Part shown: piece after piece, positions 37,335-47,055 of the stretch
Position numbering within the stretch: the stretch's first letter is position 1
How the letters are laid out: each line of letters begins with the position of its first letter
Position numbers and translations under genes: made by a program
The notes under the pieces: model-generated
What the model was told of the DNA's origin: nothing
Seen by the model: only the letters and a program-made list of their open reading frames with translations
The model's database searches: none
From: Syntrophales bacterium
Lineage (GTDB): Bacteria; Desulfobacterota; Syntrophia; Syntrophales; UBA4778
Reading direction: 5' to 3'
Length of the DNA stretch: 64,000 nt
Assembly: GCA_963665615.2 (NCBI GenBank)
Contig: CAXXQE010000006.1
Span: 248,001-312,000, forward strand

Positions 37335-40300
37335 TTATTCCTTTCGATCCAGTTCGCGCCGGATAGCCGCCGCCAATTGATCCAGGATAATAGGTTTCAT
37401 AATGACCTGCCGAAGGCCAAACGTTTTCGCATTCTCCGGTGTTATCGTTTCGCTGAATCCCGTGCAAAGAATCACGGGTATTTCTGGACGAATCCTCAAG
37501 ATCTCCTGCGTCAGTTCGACTCCCGTCATCTGAGGCATGGTCATGTCTGTAACCACCAGATCGAAGGCCCCAGGATCACGACGAAAAAGCTCCAGCGCTT
37601 CTCTGCTGCTCGTCTTGCTCACCACCTGGTAACCCAGAAAACTCAACATGCCGATTCCAAGTTGAGCAATCACTTCATCATCATCGACGTAGAGGATTCT
37701 CTCCGTGCCTCCGACAATATCCACCTTACCCTCCTTCTGTCCGCCGCCTTCCGTTTCTATCAGAAGCGGAAAATAAACGTTAAATTCGCTCCCCTTTCCC
37801 AACTCGCTTTGCACGGTAATCACCCCGCCGCATCGCTTCACGATACCGTGCACCACCGCCAGCCCCATCCCGGTTCCCTCTCCCGGTTTCTTGGTGGTAA
37901 AAAAAGGATCGAATATCTTATCCAAGATCTCCGGCGCTATCCCCTCGCCCGTATCGGAAACGGTGAGCTTCAGATGCCTCCCCGACGCTAATCCGTGGCG
38001 GATCAGGGGGTCTTCATCGGTGACGTCGACCGGCATGAGCTCGATCCGTAAAACACCCTTCCGCGCACGCATCGCGTGAAAGGCGTTGGTGCAGAGGTTC
38101 ATCAGAATCTGATGAACATACGACGGGTTGGCCAGGACGACATCAGGGGTGGTCTTCAACTGCTGCTGGATCTCGATCGTCGTGGGAATCGACGCCCTCA
38201 GCAGCTTCAAAACCTCCTTGACGACCGGACTGACCCTCAGGGGGTAGAGCTTCTCCTCGCTCTGACGGCTAAAGGTCAGGATCTGTTTTACCAACTCCGC
38301 CGCCTGAACGCCCGCCTTGTAAATCCGCTCGATATACAGACGCAGACGCTCATCGCCCAACCGTTCTCTCAGGACCATTTCGGCATAGCCGAGAACGGCA
38401 CTGAGGATGTTATTGAAGTCATGGGCAATCCCGCCAGCCAGGGTCCCGATGGCTTCCATTTTCTGGGACTGACGAAGCTGGTTTTCAAGCAGCTTGCGTT
38501 CCGTGATGTCCATGATGCTGCCCTGATAACAGCGCAATTTCCCACTGTTGTCACGCACGGCCACGCCGGTCAAAGACACCCAGATCAACCGACCGTCTTT
38601 CCGCCGGTACTGCACCTCTTCCTGAAGAACGTGGCCCTTTTCATTGAGGAAATGCATATGCTTTCGCGGCAGCTCGGGATTGACATACAAATTTTCAGCA
38701 ATATTCGTGAGGCACGCGAGGGCATCCTCCAGAGAATCATACCCCAGCATACGCGCAAACGCCGGATTGACGCTGATAACCCGACTGGTCGGCAACACCT
38801 GATAGATGCCCATGACGGCATTTTCAAAGATGTCCCGGTACTTTCCCTCGGCCTGACGGTAATCGGTAATATTTCGGATCGATTCGATCGCTCCGATGAC
38901 ATTGCCCCTCGAATCCCTCAGAACGCTTGCCTTGCCGTAAAGATAGGTCTCTTGTCCCCCAAAGGATGGGAAATAGGCCTCCCCCTCCAGGACTGACTGT
39001 CTCCGGAACAGATGGGTATATTTTGTCTCCTGCTCACGTTGAGACTCGAGAACGAGATCGATCAGAATCGGCCTTTTCTCGTTGTAGAAGGCTTGGGCAT
39101 ATTCGTAGTCGCCCCTGCCGATCATATCGCCCGCCTTGACGCCCGTCATCTCTTCTATGGCCCGGTTCCAGGCAATGACTCTGCCCGCCTGATCGATGAC
39201 AAAGGTGGCATCGGGCAGGAAATCGATGATATCGGCGAGCTTTTGTTGGGATTCAATGAGGTGTTCCTCAACCCGTTTGCGTTCGGTGATGTCCCGGACT
39301 GATTCAATGAATCCCACCCGCTTCCCTTGAACATTCAGAAGAGGGGTTGCGGTTATCCACAGATAGGCCCCCTTCCCCCCGTAAAGAGCGGGGGCAAACG
39401 TTTCTGCGTAAAGGGTGTCTCCTTTCCTTTGCACATAGGTGTAACGACTTTCGAGTTCTTGATCCTCCCCGTCAATCAGATCGATCAAACGTCCCCGACG
39501 TTCCCCATAAAAGAGGATCGTACCGTGACCGCTTTTTCCGAAGATGTCCTTTTTTCGACAGCCGGTCATTTCCTCCATGGCCCGGTTCCAGGCGATGACC
39601 CGGTTTTCAAGATCAACAACGAATGTCGGATCAGGAAGGAAATCAATGATATCGGCTAGCTGCTGTTGGGACTCCTTGAGGCGCTCTTCAGTCTGCTTAC
39701 GATCCGTGATGTCCCTGAAAATCCAGATGCGACCGTAGCAGTTTCCATTTTTATCGAGAACCGGGGCCGAATACCGGTCTGCGATCATTCCGTTTCTAAA
39801 CCGGATCTCATCCCGGCTGGTTTTTTCAGGGTGAGCATACAGATACACCACCTGATCGAGAAACTGCTCCGGGTTTTCTGTCTGGTTTGTCACGTGCCGT
39901 AGCAACGGGGCATCACTTTTGTCGTCACGGATAGACTGGGGAACAGCCATCATGTCGTAGAATCTACTGTTGGCAAGAATCTTTTCCTCGCCGGTACTGC
40001 TCACAACCAGAATTCCGTCAATCGTTGTTTCGAGAATGGACTCCAAAAAAGCATTTTTCGAAATCAAATCATGTTCAGCGCGTTTCCGTGCAGAAACATC
40101 TTTTGAAATGCCAATCAGGGTCTTAAGGCTTTTGTCCTCGTTGTATACCGCAATGGCATCCAATTCAAACCAAACCCAGGATCCGTTGGCGTGACGGATG
40201 CGGTACGTCAATCCTGAAATCCGGGATTCGCCTGCATCAACGGCTTTCCTCAAATACGAAAAAGCCATGTCATCGGGGTGGATGAAAGACTCGACGGATT

Positions 40301-41036
40301 TGCCAACGACCGCTTCCGGCGCATAACCCAGGGTCCTTTGCCACGAAGGAGAGGCGTATGTGTAGATGCCGCAATCATCGACACTCCAGATCCGATCAAT
40401 CGAGTTATCGAGAATCAACCGATAGCGTGCCTCGCTTTCCCGCAGCGCCGCTTCGGCCCTTTTCCGTTCCTCTATCTCCTGTTGCAGCTCTTGAACGACT
40501 CTTTCGAGCTCACGCGTCCGATGGGCTATGGTTGCACGCAACTCGGCGGTCAAAATAGGGCTCTGATCCTCGATCTCTTCACGCGCAGCAATGTCTCGGC
40601 TGATACCAATCAGACAGGGAACGCCACTGGCATCATGGGGAATCTTGCAGGACTCCATCAGCGCCAGATGACCATCCTTGCAGGGAACCCACTCCAGGTG
40701 GCATTGGCGCTCCTTCTGAGTCAGGACGTCCTGATCCTGCTGTCGATAAACGTCTGCCCGCTCACAGGGGAAAAGGTCGTAATCCGTCTTTCCAACGATG
40801 CAATCCTTGGTCAGTCCCAGATGTTCGGCAAAAGCCCGATTACAGGACAGATAACGACCTGCCGCATCCTTGCAAAAAATCAATTCCGTAACGGCATCCA
40901 TCATGCCGCCCAGAAAATCGATCTGCTGTTCGAGCGATGCGGAAGCGCACAAAGAGTCGGTTTGTCGGTTCGTTTCACCTCTGGTGCCTGACCCTTCGTG
41001 ATTTGACATCCCAATCCCTTTCTGTGCTTTTTTCAT
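37335..41036 (-). CDS. Multi-PAS hybrid sensor histidine kinase/receiver
   Basis: About six PAS/PAC repeats ending (R/K)D(I/V)(T/S), AHDFNNIL, NLCTNA, DTGEGI, FFTTK, GTGMGL, C-terminal REC. Alternative start at 41009. Confidence 0.94.
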   Translation of the reverse strand: MKKAQKGIGMSNHEGSGTRGETNRQTDSLCASASLEQQIDFLGGMMDAVTELIFCKDAAGRYLSCNRAFAEHLGLTKDCIVGKTDYDLFPCERADVYRQQDQDVLTQKERQCHLEWVPCKDGHLALMESCKIPHDASGVPCLIGISRDIAAREEIEDQSPILTAELRATIAHRTRELERVVQELQQEIEERKRAEAALRESEARYRLILDNSIDRIWSVDDCGIYTYASPSWQRTLGYAPEAVVGKSVESFIHPDDMAFSYLRKAVDAGESRISGLTYRIRHANGSWVWFELDAIAVYNEDKSLKTLIGISKDVSARKRAEHDLISKNAFLESILETTIDGILVVSSTGEEKILANSRFYDMMAVPQSIRDDKSDAPLLRHVTNQTENPEQFLDQVVYLYAHPEKTSRDEIRFRNGMIADRYSAPVLDKNGNCYGRIWIFRDITDRKQTEERLKESQQQLADIIDFLPDPTFVVDLENRVIAWNRAMEEMTGCRKKDIFGKSGHGTILFYGERRGRLIDLIDGEDQELESRYTYVQRKGDTLYAETFAPALYGGKGAYLWITATPLLNVQGKRVGFIESVRDITERKRVEEHLIESQQKLADIIDFLPDATFVIDQAGRVIAWNRAIEEMTGVKAGDMIGRGDYEYAQAFYNEKRPILIDLVLESQREQETKYTHLFRRQSVLEGEAYFPSFGGQETYLYGKASVLRDSRGNVIGAIESIRNITDYRQAEGKYRDIFENAVMGIYQVLPTSRVISVNPAFARMLGYDSLEDALACLTNIAENLYVNPELPRKHMHFLNEKGHVLQEEVQYRRKDGRLIWVSLTGVAVRDNSGKLRCYQGSIMDITERKLLENQLRQSQKMEAIGTLAGGIAHDFNNILSAVLGYAEMVLRERLGDERLRLYIERIYKAGVQAAELVKQILTFSRQSEEKLYPLRVSPVVKEVLKLLRASIPTTIEIQQQLKTTPDVVLANPSYVHQILMNLCTNAFHAMRARKGVLRIELMPVDVTDEDPLIRHGLASGRHLKLTVSDTGEGIAPEILDKIFDPFFTTKKPGEGTGMGLAVVHGIVKRCGGVITVQSELGKGSEFNVYFPLLIETEGGGQKEGKVDIVGGTERILYVDDDEVIAQLGIGMLSFLGYQVVSKTSSREALELFRRDPGAFDLVVTDMTMPQMTGVELTQEILRIRPEIPVILCTGFSETITPENAKTFGLRQVIMKPIILDQLAAAIRRELDRKE

Positions 41037-41062
41037 GTCGCTCTGTAATCAGTTGGGATTAA

Positions 41063-41078
41063 TGCAAAAAATGTACCT
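41063..41078 (-). promoter_or_regulatory. Putative sigma54 promoter upstream of the hybrid kinase
   Basis: Minus strand AGGTAC-ATTTT-TTGCA (GG-N10-GC spacing). Confidence 0.5.
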
Positions 41079-41407
41079 CTTTATTTCATGATATACGAAT
41101 CTCCATAACGGATCAGTATCTCCTATAAAAATCGAATCCAGAAGCCGCTTCTTCTCCCGACGAGCTTTCCCGTCTGCTTAAATTAACCTTAAGTAATTAT
41201 TCGATAAATTAAAATAAATGCCTGATGAATAGCAGCCCATACCCCATTAGGCGCTTACCTCTTTAAACTTCGGAGGCATCATCTCAACGGGGGCATCCAC
41301 CGTGACAGCCATCGCCTAAAAGTGTCACAATCATGACTCGAACACCTGAATGGAACAAACTGTTGACACCGGTTGATCCATCAATCATACGGACCGAAGA
41401 ATGGCCG

Positions 41408-42193
41408 TTATCGATTGAGCAAGGGCCAGCCTGGAACAGGTAACGGACGCCAGGCATCTCCTTCGTATAAAACTTGCTCGAGGAAAAGACCGGAAGGTGA
41501 AGCGGTATATTTGGCCGGTATCTCGGAGAACTTGCTGAACATCCCCTCAATCTGCTTGGTGGACAGATTTCCCCGACCCGCTTCGACCGTCACGCCGACC
41601 AGCCGCCTTACCATCTTCCATAGAAAATGCGAGCCAACAAACCGGAAAATGAAGAGCGCGTCTTTTTTTTCGACCATGGCCACCTCCAGCTTGACCAGCG
41701 GCGAGGCTTTTTTGTCCATCCGCTTGTCGGCAAAGGAGGAGAAATCGTGAAATCCCTCGAACAGTGACATTGCCGCTTTCATACGTTCCAGATCGAGGGA
41801 ATCGCGGATCCACCAGACATATCGCTTGCCGAAGGCTGTTCGTCTTTGAGAGACCAGATAAAGATAGCTTCTAGCCACCGCGTGATGTCGGGCATGAAAA
41901 TCGGCGGCAGCGTCGCACATTGACAAGATATTGATGTTGGAAGGCAGGGCATCGTTGAGTCTTTCGACGGCGCCGCGCAGAGGAATCCGCCGCTCAACCT
42001 CCAGATGGGCGACCTGCCCGAGGGCGTGAACGCCAGCGTCCGTGCGCCCGGCGCCCTGAATATCCACCTCGCACCCCAGGACCTGACGCGCCGTTTCGAT
42101 CAGCGTCGCCTGAATGCTGCGCGCATTGGCCTGACTCTGCCAGCCTCTGTAGCTGGTACCGTCGTATTCAATGACCATTTTGTATTTAGGCAT
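41408..42193 (-). CDS. truA: tRNA pseudouridine(38-40) synthase
   Basis: IEYDGTSYRGWQ, GAGRTDAGVHALGQVAH, FHAR, GFHDFSSF, FLWKMVR, SGLFL. Confidence 0.93.
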   Translation of the reverse strand: MPKYKMVIEYDGTSYRGWQSQANARSIQATLIETARQVLGCEVDIQGAGRTDAGVHALGQVAHLEVERRIPLRGAVERLNDALPSNINILSMCDAAADFHARHHAVARSYLYLVSQRRTAFGKRYVWWIRDSLDLERMKAAMSLFEGFHDFSSFADKRMDKKASPLVKLEVAMVEKKDALFIFRFVGSHFLWKMVRRLVGVTVEAGRGNLSTKQIEGMFSKFSEIPAKYTASPSGLFLEQVLYEGDAWRPLPVPGWPLLNR

Positions 42194-42336
42194 AAATTCC
42201 TTTTTCCAGATGGCGTCGCGCTGTTAGAATCGTAGTATTTTACTTGATCTCCGCCAACGCCATTATCTATGACCGGTTATTGCACCCGCAAGTATTCAAT
42301 CCTCAGGGAAAGATGTTTAAACATGACTCGCTGGTT

Positions 42337-42370
42337 TACCCCGCAGCAAGCTGCGAGCAATACGCTCGCC
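42337..42370 (+). repeat. GCAAGC-loop hairpin element followed by AATACGCTCGC
   Basis: taccccgcagcaagctgcgagcaatacgctcgcc, similar to 53963-53996. Confidence 0.6.
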
Positions 42371-42414
42371 AGCGCTACAAGTGTTCTAACAGGCTGTTAA
42401 AAAACTATGCAAAT

Positions 42415-42444
42415 AAAAAAGGGACACCGGATTCCCGATGTCCC
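42415..42444 (-). terminator. Rho-independent terminator
   Basis: Minus strand GGGACATCGG-GAAT-CCGGTGTCCC-TTTTTT, 30 bp after the small exported protein gene. Confidence 0.8.
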
Positions 42445-42474
42445 GACACACAGTAATGCTTTTTGAATGAGCTG

Positions 42475-42696
42475 CTACCTTGGGTCGGGGGCCTCACTGG
42501 TTGTCCCTTCCTGGCCTTGCGCAGCCCCTTGATCAACATTGCCTGAAGGAGCCCCTCCGGCATCCCCTGCGGGCTGTTCAACGGCAGGGCCGACCGTCTG
42601 ATCCGCCGGATTAGCCGTCTCGTCTTGCGCAAAAGCAAGGCCAGTTAAAAAAAGTCCAAACAAAACCAAGGTAAATACGACCATTCTTTTTTTCAT
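42475..42696 (-). CDS. Small exported protein (73 aa: signal peptide plus acidic low-complexity tail)
   Basis: GGAGG RBS. MKKR, hydrophobic core, AFA cleavage motif. Own terminator. Confidence 0.75.
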   Translation of the reverse strand: MKKRMVVFTLVLFGLFLTGLAFAQDETANPADQTVGPAVEQPAGDAGGAPSGNVDQGAAQGQEGTTSEAPDPR

Positions 42697-43053
42697 CGCG
42701 CCGTCCTCCAGAGTTTTTAATGTTACTGACCTTTCAACTTTTAATTTCATTATCACGATTCGATGCATACGGCAAGTCACAACGAATGCCGGTTGCGAAT
42801 CTCTCCCCCGACGCCCGCAGCAAACAATGCGCGCCACCGATTTCAACTGTCTGTCGAAACGTTTACGCCGCATCGGAATTGCATTATTGATGTTTTTATC
42901 AAGCTGCCGAAAAACGAAACATCGCGTAATCGATCTGCCAGCCGGTGATCGTCCGCTTTACCGGTATCATGCCGAATGGAAACACCAAAAAAATATCCAG
43001 GATATGATCTGCAGAGACAACGTTTGGCCAGTTGTTGCAGGAACCGGTATAGA

Positions 43054-44421
43054 CTACTTTCTGCGGTTCTTTCTGAATTCCAGGGCATTGATATGGTATT
43101 TTTCCAGCAGTTCGTAAAGATCGGGACGATATTTCCCCGCGAGTCTCGCAGCGTGACTGATGTTCCCCCCGCTGATCTCCATCAACTGCACAAGGTAGCG
43201 TCTCTCGAAATCCATTTTGGATTCTTTGAAGGGCTTCAGGACCATTTCCTGGACACTCTTGGTGGGAAGGATCAGATCCTCGGAGATGACCGGTTCCGTT
43301 GTCATAACGACGGAACACTCGACCGCATTTTCGAGTTCACGGACATTTCCCGGCCACGGATAGTTCATCATCTTGGCGAGCGCCGCCGTTGAAAAGCCCT
43401 TGACGTCCCGGTTCATCTTCCGGTTGTACTTGTCGAGAAAGTGGCTGATGAGCAGCGGGATATCGTCGCGCCGTTCCCTGAGCGGCGGGATCTTGATCGG
43501 AATGACGTGAATGCGGTAATAGAGGTCCCGGCGGAAGGTCCCCTTTTCGACCTCCTGTTCCAGATCCTTGTTTGAGGCGGAGATTATCCGGAGATCCACC
43601 TTGACAGACTTCTGCGCCCCGAGGGGATAGAATTCCTTGTCCTCAAGGGCCTTAAGCAGTTTGCCCTGCATCGTCAACGGAATCTCGGAGATTTCATCCA
43701 GAAAGATCGACCCGCCATGTGCTTGCGTGAAAAGCCCCTTCTTTCCGGTAGCCGCGCCCGTAAAGGCGCCACGCTCAAAGCCGAAGAGTTCGCTTTCGAG
43801 GAGGGTCTCCGGAATCGCCGCACAGTTTATGGAAACGAAAGGCATCTCCCGTCTGGCGCCGGCCTTATGAAGGGCCCGGGCAAAAACCCCCTTGCCGGTC
43901 CCGCTTTCACCGCTAAGATAGACATTGGAATCGGACTCCGACGCCAGAGCAATGAGGTCGAAAATCCTCTTCATCGCTTCACTCTGAGCCACAATATCCT
44001 CAAACTCGAGCCGGTTGATGCGAACGATATGCCTAAGCCGTTCCACCTCCCGGGTGAGTCTGGCCTTCTCGATCCCGTTGCGAATCTGGAGCGCCAGCTC
44101 CCGGTAATCGAAGGGCTTCGTCACATAGCTGAAAGCCCCCCGTTTCATGGCTTCAACGGCGCTTTCGATTGTCCCATGCGCCGTGAGGATAACAACCGGC
44201 AGACTCGGATCAATGTCGTGTAATTGCCCCATAACATCGATGCCGTCTTCTTTTCCCAGCCTGAGATCGACCAGGGCCAGATCGAACCTGTCCCGAGAGG
44301 CACACTGCAGGGCGCTTTCGCCGTTGTCGGCCGTCGTCACCCCATACCCTTCCGCCTCCAGTCTCATTTCTATGACCTTGAGAACCCCGACGTCGTCATC
44401 GATTACCAGAATACTATCCAT
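43054..44421 (-). CDS. sigma54-dependent response regulator (GlrR/QseF-like)
   Basis: REC (ILVIDDD, ILTAHGTI, VTKP), GESGTGKG, GAFTGA, WPGNVREL and HTH GNISHAARLAG. Start 44421 or 44439. Confidence 0.92.
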   Translation of the reverse strand: MDSILVIDDDVGVLKVIEMRLEAEGYGVTTADNGESALQCASRDRFDLALVDLRLGKEDGIDVMGQLHDIDPSLPVVILTAHGTIESAVEAMKRGAFSYVTKPFDYRELALQIRNGIEKARLTREVERLRHIVRINRLEFEDIVAQSEAMKRIFDLIALASESDSNVYLSGESGTGKGVFARALHKAGARREMPFVSINCAAIPETLLESELFGFERGAFTGAATGKKGLFTQAHGGSIFLDEISEIPLTMQGKLLKALEDKEFYPLGAQKSVKVDLRIISASNKDLEQEVEKGTFRRDLYYRIHVIPIKIPPLRERRDDIPLLISHFLDKYNRKMNRDVKGFSTAALAKMMNYPWPGNVRELENAVECSVVMTTEPVISEDLILPTKSVQEMVLKPFKESKMDFERRYLVQLMEISGGNISHAARLAGKYRPDLYELLEKYHINALEFRKNRRK

Positions 44422-44546
44422 ACCTATAAACGGTCCCATAATAATGTTCTCACCAGAGGCAACATCGCGGCCTCAGAAAGTCTGATCCGACTTTCACTTC
44501 TGATGGCCCCATAAAACAAGCGGATTGCGGGACGGGTCTCGAACGC

Positions 44547-44630
44547 GAATTCGTTAGCGAGCGCATCAGAACTGACGATCTACCCTGGGAATCGGAGATT
44601 CGCCGGAGATTGCTCCGGTGAGTCTCCGAT
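44547..44630. repeat. Dispersed hairpin element, copy of 26547-26630
   Basis: 18-bp stem ATCGGAGATTCGCCGGAG-ATTG-CTCCGGTGAGTCTCCGAT preceded by GAATTCGTTAGCGAGCGCAT. Confidence 0.8.
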
Positions 44631-44839
44631 CAAAGATTTTTCCAGCCCGACAGGATTGGTCGTCCGGCCCGGAACATGACGGAAAAAGATTTCTGAGCGG
44701 CAGAGAGTCGTCCCGCAATCCGCATTCCCGTTGACTCATTATGGAACCAGCCTTTCTTGTTTCACACAACGGCAATTGTGAAAACAATTATGAGACCGTT
44801 AATATCACGCTCACTGTGCCGGTTTAAAAAGCATTGCAG

Positions 44840-45355
44840 CTAGTTGCCGGTCTGCATTCTTCGTCTCTTTTCTTCAATGTCCAGATCGACGGCCTTCATC
44901 TGCCTGATCTGTGTTTCGAGCGCCTCAATCTGCGTTTTCAGTGTCTGATTCTTCTTGTCCTTTGCAACCAACTCCCGCAAGAGCATCACCATCCGGTCCG
45001 CCTCCTCATGACGGCCACTCTTCGGATACTCCTTGCTCAACCGCTGAAGGGCATCAAGCGCTTTCTGATAGCTGGCGTCCTCATATCTCGGAGATGCATA
45101 AACGACACCGATGAAAAACAGGGCCTGGTCGGCCTGCTCTGGAGACTGCTCCAGGACCCGGTTAAATAACTTCAAAGCCTTGGCGTAATGCCCGTCTTCA
45201 AGACTGGCTTGCCCCATCTCGAGGTCAGAAGGCATGGGTCGCTCCAGACTACGTCCCCCCAGCATAGGCGTACATCCCCCCGCCATCAGGAGGATGGCGA
45301 CATAGGCAATGAGAACACAAAAGTACTGCCCGTTCCTCGCTCGCTCTCGGCCCAT
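44840..45355 (-). CDS. TPR/coiled-coil lipoprotein (QseG/YfhG-like position and architecture)
   Basis: Hydrophobic stretch plus lipobox-like MAGGC, TPR-like helices, C-terminal QIRQMKAVDLDIEEK. Lies between the kinase and the regulator. Confidence 0.75.
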   Translation of the reverse strand: MGRERARNGQYFCVLIAYVAILLMAGGCTPMLGGRSLERPMPSDLEMGQASLEDGHYAKALKLFNRVLEQSPEQADQALFFIGVVYASPRYEDASYQKALDALQRLSKEYPKSGRHEEADRMVMLLRELVAKDKKNQTLKTQIEALETQIRQMKAVDLDIEEKRRRMQTGN

Positions 45356-46728
45356 ATGGCTCCTCCATGTGCATTCACGATGTGCTTTGCAATGGACAAC
45401 CCCAGGCCGGTTCCTCGCACAGCCCCTTTCCGGTCGTCCACCCGCTTGAATTTATCAAAAATTTCCTGAAGATGCTCTTCCGCAATCCCACAGCCCGTGT
45501 CGACTACGGAAACCTCCACAGTATGATCCACTCGATTCTCCCTTGCCGCAGCGACAACCCGTCCGCCTTTGGGGGTGAATTTCAGCGCATTGCCGAGGAT
45601 ATTCTCGATCACCTGGCCGATCTTGTCACCGTCGATCCGGATAGAAGGCAGATCAAACGGCGGTTCGATCAACAGGTCGATGCCTTTTCTGCCGGCGATC
45701 GGCTGAAGTTTGGCAACTTTCTCTTTAATAATAGGAGAGATATCCAAAATATCAAAGTAAAACGCCGCCATTCCCGCTTCCATTCGTGAAAGGTCCAGAA
45801 TGCGGGTGACGGAGGCAATCAGTCGCTCGCATTCGCCGTTGACGATGTCGAAGAGTTCCTTCTGTCTGTCCGGTCGATTGGCGTAAACGCCCTCCATCAA
45901 CATACAAGAGGCTTCTTTAATGGCCGTCAGCGGGGTTCGCAATTCATGAGAGAGGTGGCCGATAAAATCGAGTTTCATCCGATCCAGTTCCTCCAACCGA
46001 GAACACATGACATTAAAGGATTCAGCCAGATCGCGAATCTCCGGCGGCGACACGATATCGAGCGGCGTGCCGAAATCGCCGGCCGCAATGACCTTGGTCT
46101 TCTCGCTCAGAAGATCGATGGGGCGTTTGATACTGCGTGTTATCAGAAATGCAATCAAAATCATGAGGACAACGGCGACCGATTCCGTTATGGAGATCGC
46201 CCGGGTAATCCGGGCCGTAACCTGTTCGGACGCCTGCAGCTTGACAATCCTGGCCTGGTCTGACAATTCCGCAATCTGCCGGATCGCCTTTTCAATCTCC
46301 GCGACGGCCGTCTCCTTTTTTCCCAGCGACGCCTGATCCGGCGGATCCGTCCCCATCTCATGGACGCCCGCCTGATATGATTGATAGGCGACGCCGAGCA
46401 CGGCCACCGGCGCATGAATCGTCGAGCCTTCCGATATCTTCTCGAGCTCCCCGATCTTGCTGACAATGTAGTCGCCGACCTTTTCGTACTGCCTTAAAAA
46501 ATCCTGATCTCCCGAGATGAGGTATTTTTTTTCAAAGCCGACCTGATCGTAAAAGGATTGGGCGATCTCCTTGGCCAGTCTGGCCGTCTTGACATCGACC
46601 GCATTGAGCGAATGGATGATGTTTTCCAACGATGCCATATGCGATACGACATAGAGACCGGAAACGCTGACAACCAGAAGGATCAACAGATAACTGGCGA
46701 TCAATCTCTTAAATATCGTGAGCTTCAG
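45286..46728 (-). CDS. Membrane HAMP-domain sensor histidine kinase (GlrK/QseE-like)
   Basis: Two TM segments, HAMP (PPEIRDLAESFN), SHELRTPL, NALKF, DTGCGI, GTGLGL. Start either CTG 46728 or TTG 46704. Confidence 0.92.
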   Translation of the reverse strand: MKLTIFKRLIASYLLILLVVSVSGLYVVSHMASLENIIHSLNAVDVKTARLAKEIAQSFYDQVGFEKKYLISGDQDFLRQYEKVGDYIVSKIGELEKISEGSTIHAPVAVLGVAYQSYQAGVHEMGTDPPDQASLGKKETAVAEIEKAIRQIAELSDQARIVKLQASEQVTARITRAISITESVAVVLMILIAFLITRSIKRPIDLLSEKTKVIAAGDFGTPLDIVSPPEIRDLAESFNVMCSRLEELDRMKLDFIGHLSHELRTPLTAIKEASCMLMEGVYANRPDRQKELFDIVNGECERLIASVTRILDLSRMEAGMAAFYFDILDISPIIKEKVAKLQPIAGRKGIDLLIEPPFDLPSIRIDGDKIGQVIENILGNALKFTPKGGRVVAAARENRVDHTVEVSVVDTGCGIAEEHLQEIFDKFKRVDDRKGAVRGTGLGLSIAKHIVNAHGGAIWAESERGTGSTFVFSLPMSPSS

Positions 46729-47055
46729 TTTCGTTTTCCCCCGCTCGATCTGATTTCATGGGCGCAGACCATGAGACGCCCCGGCGATCCGTAGCGCCTT
46801 TCAAGCACACACGTACGACAGCCCGTCGAGTGAATCGGAAAAAAGAAAGACAGTATCTGAACGTTGGAAGGACCGACACAATCGCAGCGATACATGGCGT
46901 GACCGTCTCCGTTTCTATGGCCTGGAGTCATGTTCTGTCAAGAAAAAATTGCACGCCGTCCTTTTCAGAAGAACCGCCAGGGTCGATTCGGGCTTGAGCC
47001 CCGCTGCCGGACATGCTAAAAAAGTGAATGATATGGGCAGGAGGGACATCGCGTT

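Noticed and set aside
42818..42836. sigma54 promoter for the small exported protein (minus strand TGGCGC...TTGC)
   Set aside because: GG-to-GC spacing is 12 nt rather than the required 10.
26547..44630. The two hairpin-element copies are exactly 18000 bp apart
   Set aside because: No mechanism and no other features in that register. Treated as coincidence.
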